Shown piece after piece: positions 32,711-44,000 of a stretch of 64,000 nt of DNA (position 1 is the stretch's first letter; every line of letters starts with the position of its first letter). This DNA comes from Diplonema japonicum (taxonomy: Eukaryota > Protista > Euglenozoa: Diplonemea): contig OZ025681.1 of the NCBI GenBank assembly GCA_964019335.1, positions 248,001-312,000 of the forward strand, given 5' to 3'. The notes beneath the pieces were generated by a model. The model saw nothing but the letters and a program-made list of their open reading frames with translations, was not told where the DNA came from and made no database searches. Position numbers and translations under genes: made by a program.

Positions 32711-35700
32711 TCACACCCGCGCAAACTCCTGCGGAGCCTGCATCTCGTTCCCCTCCAGGGCGTGGATGAACTCATTCACGTTGATCTCCTCCTTCTGCTT
32801 GCTGCATGCGAAGAAGGCGCACGCCCCGCCAAGGCCCAACACGCCCAAGGCAACGAGGAGCCAGACCCACCAAGGGATCCCGCTGCTGCCGTCGTCGTCC
32901 TCTTCCTCCGGCTCCAGCGCGGTGCCCCCCTTCACGCACACCCCTTTCCTGTCGCACGCCCCTTCCACTCCGTCCAGCACGCAGCGTGCCCCTTCCCCCA
33001 ACCCGTCGCACCCAACATCCGGTGCCGGTGTCATCGCGTTCCCCACCCCGGGTTCCGCCGTCTCAGGGGCCCGTGTCGCGGTAGGGGACGCAGTCGGAGT
33101 CGAGGTGGGGACAGCTGTTGTCCCAGGGACAAGGGTGGCCGGTGCTCCTGTTTCGGGTGCCTGTGTCGGGGTCGCTGTAGGGACAGCCGTCGTCCCAGGG
33201 ACAAGGGTGGCGGGTGCCCCTGTGTTCGGTGCCGAGGTCGGAGTCGAGGTGGGGACAGCCGTTGTCCCGGGTACAAGGGTGGCCGGTGCCCCCGTTTCGG
33301 GTGCCTGTGTCGGGGTCGCTGTGGGAACGGCTGACTGTCCAGGGACAAGGGTCGCAGGAGCCCCCGTGGGCCCAGCGGTGGGGGTCGCTGTGGATGGGGC
33401 CTGCGTGGGAGCCGCTGTCGGCGATGCCGTGTCCCCGGGAGACAGTGTCGTCGGTGTCTTCGTGACAGGTGATCCGCTCGGGACACCCGTCGGGCCTGCC
33501 GTGTCGGGGGAGGTTGTGGGCGTCGCGGTCGGGACCGCCGTGTCCCCAGGTGACAGGGTGGCCGGGACCTCTGTCTTTGGTGCGCCCGTCGGCTCTGCTG
33601 TGGGTGTCAAGGTTGGCGTCCCGGTCGGGATCGCCGTGTCAGGGGCCGTCGTGGGGACAGCCGTCGGCTCCGCCGTCTTCCCGGGAACCAAGGTGGTTGG
33701 CGCATCGGTCACAGGTGCCCCCGTCGGCTCTGCTGTCGGTGTTGCGGTCGGAACTGCCGTGCTTGGCGCCGAGGTGGGGGTTGCTGTCGGGACCGCCGTG
33801 TCGGGTGCTGTTGTGGGGACAGCCGTCGGCTCCGCCGTCTTCCCGGGAACCAAGGTGGTTGGCGCATCGGTCGCAGGTGCCCCCGTCGGCTCTGCTGTCG
33901 GTGTTGCGGTCGGTACTGCCGTGCTTGGCGCCGAGGTGGGGGTCGCTGTCGGGACCGCCGTGCTTGGTGCTGAGGTGGGGGTCGCTGTCGGGACTGCCGT
34001 GTTGGGTGCTGTTGTGGGGACAGCCGTCGGGGCTGTCGTGTCAGGTGCTGTTGTAGGGACAGCTGTTGGCTCCGCCGTGTCAGGTGCCGTTGTGGGGACA
34101 GCGGTCGGTTCTGCCGTCTTTCCAGGGGACAGGGTGTCGGGTGCCGTTGTGGAAGGCGCACCTGTCGGGACAGCGGTTGCAGGTGCCGTGGTCGCAGGTA
34201 CCCCGGTGTCAGGTGCCGTCGTTGGGACAGCCGTTGGCCCCGCAGTGTCGGGAGCGTTCGTCGGGGATGCGGTGGGGACCGTCGTGTCGGGGGAGCTGGT
34301 GGGGATGGCCGTGGGAGCAGCTGTGCTTGGAGCGCCGGTAGGCATGGCCGTGGGAGCAACGGTGTCTGGGGCACCTGTTGGCATGGCAGTGGGGACAGCT
34401 GTGACTGGAGAACCAGTGGGAATGCCTGTCGGAGCAGCTGTGTCCGGAGCGTTGGTGGGAACAGCTGTTGGTACAGTAGTATCAGGAGCGGGTGTTTCAG
34501 GTGCAGGCGTGTCAGGGGCTGGCGATGTTGGGCAGCCATCGGTCCACGCAGGAATCTTGTGTGTGACAGAACAGAAGCCATCACCGTTAGCCGTGCACGA
34601 GGCTTGAACGGTAATCGTCCAATCACGATCCACGTCATAAACCCACGTGTTGCTCCTTTCGTACCTTTCCATGTCCGACATGCTGGCACTCTTCTTCAGC
34701 ATCATATAAAAGTTTTCCCCGTCAAAGAAGTACTTCGTGTGAGGGTTCGCCCACAGGTCCGCAAGGTCAGTCGCCAGAGTATACGTCATGGCAAGTGGGG
34801 TGTTCCACCTGTGTGCGCCAGTCACTGTGAACGTGGTCCCGCTGGGATAAGTGGCCGCGAATCGCAGTGGTGCTCCATTCGGGACTTGCGAAGGATTCAA
34901 GGTGAGGTGCTTTGCGGCACCACCGTCGAGAGCAAGGAACCAACCGGTCCCTGTGATTCCTGTGATGCCCGCATTCTGTGTGATTGGAGTCGAGCGCAGG
35001 GCGTCACCATGGTCAGGACCGTGGCCCCACAGAGCGATGTACCCAACATCGCACGCGCTCCAATCTGGGTTCGTTTTGGGGTTGCACACACCAGCTTCTT
35101 TGATTCCACCTTTCGATGCCGCGATGTCAGGAGTGAGGAGCTTGATAAAGGCGACCTCTCTCTCCGGGAAGCCAGCAGGCTTCTTCGGGCACAGCCACGT
35201 CATCCACAAAGACTCAAAGCGGCAGTCGTCGCACACATTCCACCAGTCCTTGTTCGAACCGAGGATGGTAGGGCGGCCCTCTCCAGTCGCAGATCCGTCG
35301 AAGTCGATGAAGTTGAAGAAGCGAGAAGCACCGTTTTCAGCAACCTTGAAGCTCACGTACTGGCTGGGGTCCACGTTCGTGTACTTTATGTTGTTCACTG
35401 CACTGATCTGCTGCGGTTTGAACTCGTCGGAGTGGAACGGCCCAGACCAGATAATATTGTTATGTGCTGAGTTGCTGGCGCCGTCGGAAGTGTTGTATGA
35501 ACAAAGCTTGTCGTCTTGCTTCCAATTAGTCTTTCCGGGAATAACAGTGTATCTGCAGATCCCTTTTTGGTAGTTGCGGAACTCTGTGTCCGTGATGACA
35601 GATTTGACAGAGATGTCGTAGAACTGGAAGCCGTCGTGGTGCAGGTCCGCCATCCCGATCTCGTCGTTCCCACTCACTCCGTTCACGATCGCATTCCCTA

Positions 35701-37990
35701 GCCACGCCTCGCCGAAGAGTGTAACAGACCTCGAGATGTCGTGGAACTCGATGGTGTCAATGTCTACCCTGTTCCCCCAATGGAGCAGTCCTTTGTTGCA
35801 GGCGTACACCAAGGTGTTCTCAAATTTCATCCACATATTTGTACTCTTCCAGTCAACAAGACCAGGCTCCTTCTCCAAGCGCGTGCTCCTGGCTGCCCTT
35901 CCGGACATGTACTTCAGATTCGGTCCATCATACGAAAGCTCACCACCGACATAAATGCACCCACCAGCACTCCAGTAGGCCCCAGACGAGTGTGCTGTAT
36001 TGCCGTAGAAACGTTTGAAGGGTCGGCTTTGTGGTTCGATCGTTGTGTCAGACTGGAACTCTCCAATGGGTTTCTTAAGGCCGGGGAAGCCAAAGCCAGA
36101 CCAACCACCAGAGGCCACGTTGCCAATAATTTCGTTGTGGGCGTTGGAAAAGTAGAATCCAGCTGCGGATGCGTCTGCCGGCTGGATGCGCTGACCAGAG
36201 GTGAGACCCCCAGCCCCAACATCCTGGTTCACAACCTCACCACTTTGCCCACCGCCAGCGGCAGCCGCACCAATTGGCTTCACATAAGCAGCAAGGTTGT
36301 AGCTCACAGTGTTGTTCTCCTCGACCCCGTCCTCCACGTAGAAGCAGTTGCCTGTGGCGTTGAAGGCTACGTTCTCTGTCTCCAGGACCTCGTGGGTCCC
36401 GTGGATCACGAAGCACCTGAAGTACGTGTCCCTCGCCACGTTGTCAGAGAAGAAGGACCCCGACCCTGCCCCGAGGAGATGGAAGTGGAACGGGTAGCGT
36501 GCCATCGTGTTGGTCTGCCCCATGTAGCGGGTCGCCACACCGGCGAAGCGCCCACGAGACCCTGCGACGATGGTGTGGCCCCCGTACCCCTCTGCGTCGG
36601 GAACCCCCTCCATCATCACGTGCCTGCTGAGGAGCCCGACCTCCCCTTGGTACTCGGTCCCTGCGTAGTGGGCGTACTGCAGCGGTGACTCGAACTGAAT
36701 CAGCATCCCGTCGGGGCTCACAGCCTTGATCGTCATCACCTCGTTCTGGTTGGGCTGCCCGACATCTGTGTCGTCCCAGATCGTCGTCGTCAGCACCACC
36801 TCCTGCCCAGGGTACCAGTTCACCGACTGCTGCAGGTAGGCCCTGTCATCCCCTGCCCGCGCCTTCCTCGCAAGCCGTGCCCACGTCGGGTAGAAGCGCC
36901 TCCCGAACATGTCGATCTCCCCGCTCCCCACAGCAGCCATCCCCTTGCTCCCGTAGGTCTCCAGGTGAGATGCGGGGTCCCCCTTCGTCCCCCAGAAGGT
37001 GATCTTCACGGGGCCCTCCACCCTGCAGGTCGGGGCGCCGATCCGAAGCTTTCCCTTCACCAAGAGGGCCCGTACCTGCAGCGAGATCTCCTCGTCCTTG
37101 AAGATGAGCTCAGAGGTGTCGGGGATCTCAATCTTGTCGTACTGCCCCACGAAGGAATCCTTCCCGACCACCACCTTCGTGTTTCCAGGGATTGTCAGGG
37201 ACCCGGTGGCCGCCCCGAACTGTGCCTCCCAGGTCACGAGCCCAGGCTCCGTCCAAGGGCAGGCCGTTTGCGAGGTGAGCTCTGCAGCAGGCGGCGCAGG
37301 TGGCTGCACCATCACGAACTTCTCGCTGAAGGAAGGGAGCGTGGGGGGAGCGGCCTTCGACTCAGCGTTCCTGTTCAAGCAAAAGTCCGTGAACGAGAAG
37401 TGCGTCTCCTTTGTCGGGCGCGCTGAGAGGTAGAACCGCACCCAGATCGACGAGGCCGCATTGTCGAAGTTCACCTGCGACGTCCATGTCTGCTCGTAGC
37501 GGAACCACCCACTCCCGATGTCTGTCTTGGTGAAGGGTGTCTCCACCCCGCCGATCACGTTCTCCGGCTTATCCTGTGTGTAGTTCGTCGGCCAGATTGT
37601 GTCCTTCGTGTAGGTGGTCTCCATCCCCTGCTTGAAGAGGACAAGCTGCGGCTCGAATGCGAGGTTCGGGTCCTCCTCCCCGGACAGCTTCATGTCGAAG
37701 GTGATGGAGTACGACATGCCCTTCTTGAAAGTGGGGACGGTCGCCGTGTACTTCAGGTACATGTACCAGTCCCCCCAGGCACGGATGGTGAAGGTGCTCA
37801 TCGTGGAGTTGACCTCCTGCTTGTTCCCCCCTGCAACCCATTCGCTCCCTCCTTGAATGGGGGTGTACTCACGGCCGCATGTGGACTCTGCAGCGATGGC
37901 GATCGTCGCTGGGATCGCGGGGCTTGGGGGTGTGGGGAACTGTGCAGCCGCGGAGGCAGCAAGCAGCACCGCCGCAAGAAGGCGGAACAT
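32711..37990 (-). CDS. G8-domain / parallel beta-helix surface protein (fibrocystin-L/TMEM2-like) with Thr/Pro stalk and C-terminal TM, paralog A (~1759 aa)
   Basis: Signal peptide MFRLLAA, G8 (LLVKGKLRIGAPTC..ITFWG), ARYPFHFH, CFVIHGT, mucin repeats, TM WWVWLLVALGVL. Confidence 0.88.
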   Translation of the reverse strand: MFRLLAAVLLAASAAAQFPTPPSPAIPATIAIAAESTCGREYTPIQGGSEWVAGGNKQEVNSTMSTFTIRAWGDWYMYLKYTATVPTFKKGMSYSITFDMKLSGEEDPNLAFEPQLVLFKQGMETTYTKDTIWPTNYTQDKPENVIGGVETPFTKTDIGSGWFRYEQTWTSQVNFDNAASSIWVRFYLSARPTKETHFSFTDFCLNRNAESKAAPPTLPSFSEKFVMVQPPAPPAAELTSQTACPWTEPGLVTWEAQFGAATGSLTIPGNTKVVVGKDSFVGQYDKIEIPDTSELIFKDEEISLQVRALLVKGKLRIGAPTCRVEGPVKITFWGTKGDPASHLETYGSKGMAAVGSGEIDMFGRRFYPTWARLARKARAGDDRAYLQQSVNWYPGQEVVLTTTIWDDTDVGQPNQNEVMTIKAVSPDGMLIQFESPLQYAHYAGTEYQGEVGLLSRHVMMEGVPDAEGYGGHTIVAGSRGRFAGVATRYMGQTNTMARYPFHFHLLGAGSGSFFSDNVARDTYFRCFVIHGTHEVLETENVAFNATGNCFYVEDGVEENNTVSYNLAAYVKPIGAAAAGGGQSGEVVNQDVGAGGLTSGQRIQPADASAAGFYFSNAHNEIIGNVASGGWSGFGFPGLKKPIGEFQSDTTIEPQSRPFKRFYGNTAHSSGAYWSAGGCIYVGGELSYDGPNLKYMSGRAARSTRLEKEPGLVDWKSTNMWMKFENTLVYACNKGLLHWGNRVDIDTIEFHDISRSVTLFGEAWLGNAIVNGVSGNDEIGMADLHHDGFQFYDISVKSVITDTEFRNYQKGICRYTVIPGKTNWKQDDKLCSYNTSDGASNSAHNNIIWSGPFHSDEFKPQQISAVNNIKYTNVDPSQYVSFKVAENGASRFFNFIDFDGSATGEGRPTILGSNKDWWNVCDDCRFESLWMTWLCPKKPAGFPEREVAFIKLLTPDIAASKGGIKEAGVCNPKTNPDWSACDVGYIALWGHGPDHGDALRSTPITQNAGITGITGTGWFLALDGGAAKHLTLNPSQVPNGAPLRFAATYPSGTTFTVTGAHRWNTPLAMTYTLATDLADLWANPHTKYFFDGENFYMMLKKSASMSDMERYERSNTWVYDVDRDWTITVQASCTANGDGFCSVTHKIPAWTDGCPTSPAPDTPAPETPAPDTTVPTAVPTNAPDTAAPTGIPTGSPVTAVPTAMPTGAPDTVAPTAMPTGAPSTAAPTAIPTSSPDTTVPTASPTNAPDTAGPTAVPTTAPDTGVPATTAPATAVPTGAPSTTAPDTLSPGKTAEPTAVPTTAPDTAEPTAVPTTAPDTTAPTAVPTTAPNTAVPTATPTSAPSTAVPTATPTSAPSTAVPTATPTAEPTGAPATDAPTTLVPGKTAEPTAVPTTAPDTAVPTATPTSAPSTAVPTATPTAEPTGAPVTDAPTTLVPGKTAEPTAVPTTAPDTAIPTGTPTLTPTAEPTGAPKTEVPATLSPGDTAVPTATPTTSPDTAGPTGVPSGSPVTKTPTTLSPGDTASPTAAPTQAPSTATPTAGPTGAPATLVPGQSAVPTATPTQAPETGAPATLVPGTTAVPTSTPTSAPNTGAPATLVPGTTAVPTATPTQAPETGAPATLVPGTTAVPTSTPTASPTATRAPETAEPGVGNAMTPAPDVGCDGLGEGARCVLDGVEGACDRKGVCVKGGTALEPEEEDDDGSSGIPWWVWLLVALGVLGLGGACAFFACSKQKEEINVNEFIHALEGNEMQAPQEFARV

Positions 37991-38554
37991 TAAGGAAGTA
38001 CTTTGTAACTGTGAATAATTAATTTGAGGAGACATGCATATTGAAAAAAAAAAAAAAAGAAAGGTGGTATGAAGAAGTTTGAGATATAGGCATACAAGAG
38101 TGCCACACACAGACTATAAGATATAGAGACTGTTTTTTTTTTCCAGGAAAAAAATGAAAAGGATTTATCCTCCTGTCTTTTCCTTTTTTTTCCCCTTTTA
38201 TTGTGGGCCATATTTCGGTGTCGCTGAAGACTTGCAACCAATATTCTTCGTTTCTTTTTGTTTGTTGCAAGATACAATAGCATAAATTATTAACCCCCCC
38301 CTTTTTTTTTTAAAAAGCTCATCGGGAGTGCGGCAACACACAAAAAACGAGAGAAAAACGAAAAAGAAAGGAGAGACATTGTCTTAAGCTTTATTTCTTT
38401 CATTCTTTTTTTTCTTTTTTTTTTTCTTTTCCTTTCTTTTTTTATTTATTTATTTTTTTTTCTTCTTCTGTTCTATTTCTTTTCACTGCTGTACATTCTC
38501 AATGAGAAAGGAAAAACAACAAAAAGAGAAACACGAAAAAAAAAAAAAAAAAGG

Positions 38555-39443
38555 TGTCTTTGAAGGGAACCTGCAGTATGTGACAGGATCGCCTAACGAC
38601 AATCAACTCATCTAGTGTTTGATCCCTTCTGTCGTGGTAGTGCCTTAGGCCCGTCGTAGTATCTCATCAGCAGCTTGGGCGTGAAACCAACTAGCGAGTT
38701 GTTGAGGATGCAATGCGTTCGCATTTGTTCCTCTAGGATCGAGTGGGTGACCTTCGGGGACGCGAAGATCGGACGAGTGGAGTATCCAGTGACGGCACGG
38801 CTGTGGAGCCCTAGGGTGCGTAGTGAGTGTACTGACTTCATAGTTTTTGCCGGAATCAGATGATTCCCCGTCCCTTTTAGATGGATCCTTTCTAAGACGC
38901 TGAGAATTCTGCCGAGCTTTCTCGCCCAGCATGCTATGTCTTCACCACCCATGTGGAGCCTTTCCGTTGCAATGAGGTCGACCGCCAGTTCCGCCTTAGA
39001 AACTTGCCCGCCGTCCTCGCCCCATTTTAGGGCCTTTAGCCAGTTGAGACAAATGGGATTAGGCCTGGGAAGTATTTCTTCTGCAGCCCATGCTCGTGGT
39101 ACCAAGGGAGAGGTTTCGGGGTTAAGAGGTTCCCCGGTCGGAATGGTCTATTCCAGAAATGCTGTTTGGAGTACCTGACCTGCTTGTCGGCGTGCAAGTT
39201 CTCGAGCTTGCCTGCCACTTCTGCTAGCATCAGGTGGAGCTCCTTGACCCTCGATAGGCTGATGTCCAAGTCCGAGGTAATGATGCCGTGTACGCGGGTG
39301 CAGATTGGCCAGTTGATGTGCTCTTGCACCAGCCATTCGCGGTCGGCGTTGGCCGTTCTAAAACCGGTGTGTGCCGGGCAGTGCCAAATTGTATGCTGCA
39401 GGAGGTCGCTGGTCCCGCCCCTAATGTCGAAGGCATCCAAGGC
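38555..39443 (-). mobile_element. 5'-truncated LINE (family 3) 3' fragment
   Basis: Frameshifted ORFs 39036..39500 and 38608..39105: HTIWHCPAH, WLKALKW..VSKAELAVD..VHSLRTLG..GYSTRPIF. 3' tail recurs at 8706 and 40520. Confidence 0.75.
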
Positions 39444-41017
39444 AAAAAAAAAAAAAAACGGAGAGAGGGAAAAAAGAAAAGAAAGGAAAATACCGTTCAA
39501 GAAATGGGTTCATGAATATAGAAAAAAGAGAGTTTGTGAGAGCCGAGGAGGAACCCCAGCGTTGGCTTACCCTATAAAGTCTTGATCAAAATACCCCATC
39601 TTGACAAAAATAAAATAAAAAGAAGTGACGACAATGAAGAGCTAGGGGAAAAAGGACCTTTTTCCTTTTTTTTTTGGGAAAAAGTATTTTTTTTAGAGAC
39701 GATAAAAAGTTTTAAAGTGTAACAAAATATCATTTGCATCTGACCACATAAGGCAAGAGTGCAAGCGGCGAGGCACATCAGCGCTGCCGCTCCCAGCTGC
39801 AACTTCTTTCATGCTGGCTTGCTGAGGCACCAATTTTTATTTTTTTCTCGTTTGCTACGCCTCAGCAAAGTCTTTGGTCGCCAGAAGTACTTTTCTCCGT
39901 TTTTCTTTTCTTTTTTTTAAAACATTGAAAAACAAACTATCAAGTTCACGGGAAAAAAAAAAGAAAAAAAAAGAGAAAGGTAGAACGCAGAGAGAGTTAT
40001 TAGCTATAAGTTATTTTTAATTTTCTTCATTTTATGGTAGTTTATGTCACTTTTCAGAATAGAAAACTGCCTCGATTGCCCTGATGAAACTGCAATTCGA
40101 CTGTGAAAATGGGGCTTCGGAGAGTGACGGAAAAAAAAAAAAAAAAAGAAAAACCTCCGGAAATGTGGCATTTAAAAAAAAAGGGGGGGGGGAGGCGAGA
40201 GGGGTAGAAATATATAAAAAAATTAGAAAAAACGTCCTCTAAAAAAAAAAAAAAAGAAAAAAAGAAAAGAAATAACACCTATTTGTGTTTCAATCCGTAT
40301 ATCGCTTGCCCTATTATTCTGCGAGAAGGGGGAAAAAAAAAAAAAAAAGCTTCTCACATAAAGGGCCTTAATAAAAACACATGAGAAATCTGAGGCGTAG
40401 CAATAGTAAAAGAAAATCTTATTTTCCATCATTTTTTTTTTTGCAAAAGCAGGTATCTTCAGAACTATTAAACGAAGATGGTTTGCGTGGAAAACAAAAT
40501 TAAAAAAAAAAAAAAAAAAGAGACATTTAAGGGTACCTGCGGTATGTGGCAGGACGCCTAAAAAAGAAACAGGTGAGGCATTGAAAGAAAAAAAAAAAAG
40601 AAAAAGAAAGTAAATATACTCCAACTACAGTGATTTAAAAAAAGAAAACAAAGGGCCCTTGATAGGTATTAAGAATAATAATACCAAACAGGGCTTACCC
40701 TCTCCCTGGTTCACCCCCTTTCTTGAGCGCAAAACGAATGCTGTTAACAACAGTGTTAGTTAGGCGGCCTTTAGCAAACGCGTTACGGGCAGAAACTTCC
40801 AGGTTTCTGCCTACGGCGCAAAAACAACGACCAGCGCTTCTTTTGATTACTCAGGCTTACTTCGCTTTAATAGCTCAAAGAGAACAAAAAAAAAACAATA
40901 GAAACAAGGAATTTGATCCAACAAACCTCGGAGAGAACTGGCCTGCATTCAAAGAGAACGAAGCGTCAAGTAAAACGTAAAAAGTATTTTAAAAAAGACA
41001 AAGGAGGGGTCTTCACT

Positions 41018-44000
41018 TCAGACCCTGACTAGCTCGTTAGGTCCGGTCTTCCCCATAGCAGCCATCTCCGGTCCCTCCAGCACGCTTAGGAACTGGCCTA
41101 GATCGATCTCGGTGTCGCGCTTCCTCTTCTTCATAGCCGCCAAGGCACCGACCATGCACATGCACAACACGCCCAAGGCAACGAGGAGCCAGACCCACCA
41201 AGGGATCCCGCTGCTGCCGTCGTCGTCCTCTTCCTCCGGCTCCAGCGCGGTGCCCCCCTTCACGCACACCCCTTTCCTGTCGCACGCCCCTTCCACTCCG
41301 TCCAGCACGCAGCGTGCCCCTTCCCCCAACCCGTCGCACCCAACATCCGGTGCCGGTGTCATCGCGTTCCCCACCCCGGGTTCCGCCGTCTCAGGGGCCC
41401 GTGTCGCGGTAGGGGACGCAGTCGGAGTCGAGGTGGGGACAGCTGTTGTCCCAGGGACAAGGGTGGCCGGTGCTCCTGTTTCGGGTGCCTGTGTCGGGGT
41501 CGCTGTAGGGACAGCCGTCGTCCCAGGGACAAGGGTGGCGGGTGCCCCTGTGTTCGGTGCCGAGGTCGGAGTCGAGGTGGGGACAGCCGTTGTCCCGGGT
41601 ACAAGGGTGGCCGGTGCCCCCGTTTCGGGTGCCTGTGTCGGGGTCGCTGTGGGAACGGCTGACTGTCCAGGGACAAGGGTCGCAGGAGCCCCCGTGGGCC
41701 CAGCGGTGGGGGTCGCTGTGGATGGGGCCTGCGTGGGAGCCGCTGTCGGCGATGCCGTGTCCCCGGGAGACAGTGTCGTCGGTGTCTTCGTGACAGGTGA
41801 TCCGCTCGGGACACCCGTCGGGCCTGCCGTGTCGGGGGAGGTTGTGGGCGTCGCGGTCGGGACCGCCGTGTCCCCAGGTGACAGGGTGGCCGGGACCTCT
41901 GTCTTTGGTGCGCCCGTCGGCTCTGCTGTGGGTGTCAAGGTTGGCGTCCCGGTCGGGATCGCCGTGTCAGGGGCCGTCGTGGGGACAGCCGTCGGCTCCG
42001 CCGTCTTCCCGGGAACCAAGGTGGTTGGCGCATCGGTCACAGGTGCCCCCGTCGGCTCTGCTGTCGGTGTTGCGGTCGGAACTGCCGTGCTTGGCGCCGA
42101 GGTGGGGGTTGCTGTCGGGACCGCCGTGTCGGGTGCTGTTGTGGGGACAGCCGTCGGCTCCGCCGTCTTCCCGGGAACCAAGGTGGTTGGCGCATTGGTC
42201 GCAGGTGCCTCCGTCGGCTCTGCTGTCGGAACTGCCGTGCTTGGTGCCGAGGTGGGGGTTGCTGTGGGCACTGCCGTGTTGGGTGCTGTTGTGGGGACAG
42301 CCGTCGGGGCTGCTGTGTTAGGTGCCGTCGTTGGGACTGCCGTTGGCCCCGCCGTGTCGGGAGCGTTCGTCGGAGATGCGGTGGGGACCGTCGTATCGGG
42401 GGAGCTGGTGGGGATGGCCGTGGGAACAGCCGTGTCTGGAGCACCAGTTGGCATGGCAGTGGGAACAGCTGTTACAGGAGCACTGGTGGGCATTGCTGTG
42501 GGAGTGACTGTTTCCGGAGCGCTGGTGGGCACTGCCGTCACAGGCGACTGGGTGACAGGAGAAGTTGTAGCTGGTGATCCCGTCGGCTCTGCTGTAGGGA
42601 TGGCCGTTGGCTCCGCCGTGTCAGGAGCCGTTGTGGGGACAGCGGTCGGTTCTGCCGTCTTTCCAGGGGACAGGGTGTCGGGTGCCGTTGTGGAAGGCGC
42701 ACCTGTCGGGACAGCGGTTGCAGGTGCCGTGGTCGCAGGTACCCCGGTGTCAGGTGCCGTAGTTGGGACAGCCGTTGGCTCTGCAGTGTCGGGAGCGTTC
42801 GTCGGGGATGCGGTGGGGACCGTCGTGTCGGGGGAGCTGGTGGGGATGGCCGTAGGAACAGCTGTGCTTGGAGCGCTGGTGGGCACTGCAGTTGGCATGG
42901 CAGTGGGCACTGCCGTCACAGGCGGCTGGGTGACAGGAGAAGTTGTAACTGGTGCTCCTGTCGGCTCTGCTGTTGGCTCCGCCGTGTCAGGTGCCGTTGT
43001 GGGGACAGCGGTCGGTTCTGCCGTCTTTCCAGGGGACAGGGTATCGGGTGCCGTTGTGGAAGGCGCACCTGTCGGGACAGCGGTTGCAGGTGCCGTGGTC
43101 GCAGGTGCCCCGGTGTCAGGTGCCGTAGTTGGGACTGCCGTTGGCCCCGCAGTGTCGGGAGCGTTCGTCGGGGATGCGGTGGGGGTCGTTGTGTCAGGAG
43201 CGTTGGAAGGCATGGCTGTAGGTACAGTCGTGACAGGAGAAGTAGTGGGGATAGCCGTAGGGACAGATGTGTCTGGAGCGCCGGTGGGCGTGGACGTGGG
43301 AATAACCGTGTCTGGGGCGCCAGTTGGCACTGCTGTGGGGGTGACTGTGTCTGGTGCGTTGGTAGGAACAGCTGTAGGGACAGTAGTATCAGGTGCATTC
43401 GTTGGCACTGCTGTGGGGGTGACTGTGTCAGGACTAGTAGTTGGAACAGCTGGTGCCAATGTGTCAGGGGCTGGCGATGTTGGGCATCCCTCGGTCCACG
43501 CAGGAATCTTATGCGTGACAGAACAGAAGCCATCACCGTTGGCCGTGCACGAGGCTTGAATAGTGATCGTCCAGTCTTTATCAACGTCGTACACCCACGT
43601 GTTGTCTCGCTCAAACTTCGAAGAGTCCGCCATGCCTGTGCTCTTCTTCAGCATCAAGATGAGGTTTTCCCCGTCAAAGAAGTACTTCGTGTGAGGGTTC
43701 GCCCACAGGTCCGCAAGGTCAGTCGCCAGAGTATACGTCATGTCAAGTGGGGTGTTCCACCTGTGGGACCCCTTCACTGTGAACGTGGTCCCGCTGGGAT
43801 AAGTGGCCGCGAATCGCAGTGGTGCTCCATTCGGGACTTGCGCAGGGCTGATGGTGAGGTGCTTTGCGGCACCTCCGTCGAGAGCAAGGAACCAGCCAGT
43901 CCCCGCGATACCTGTGATCCCCGCATTCTGTGTGATAGGAGACGATCGCAGGGCGTCACCATGATCAGGACCGTGGCCCCACAGAGCGATGTACCCAACG

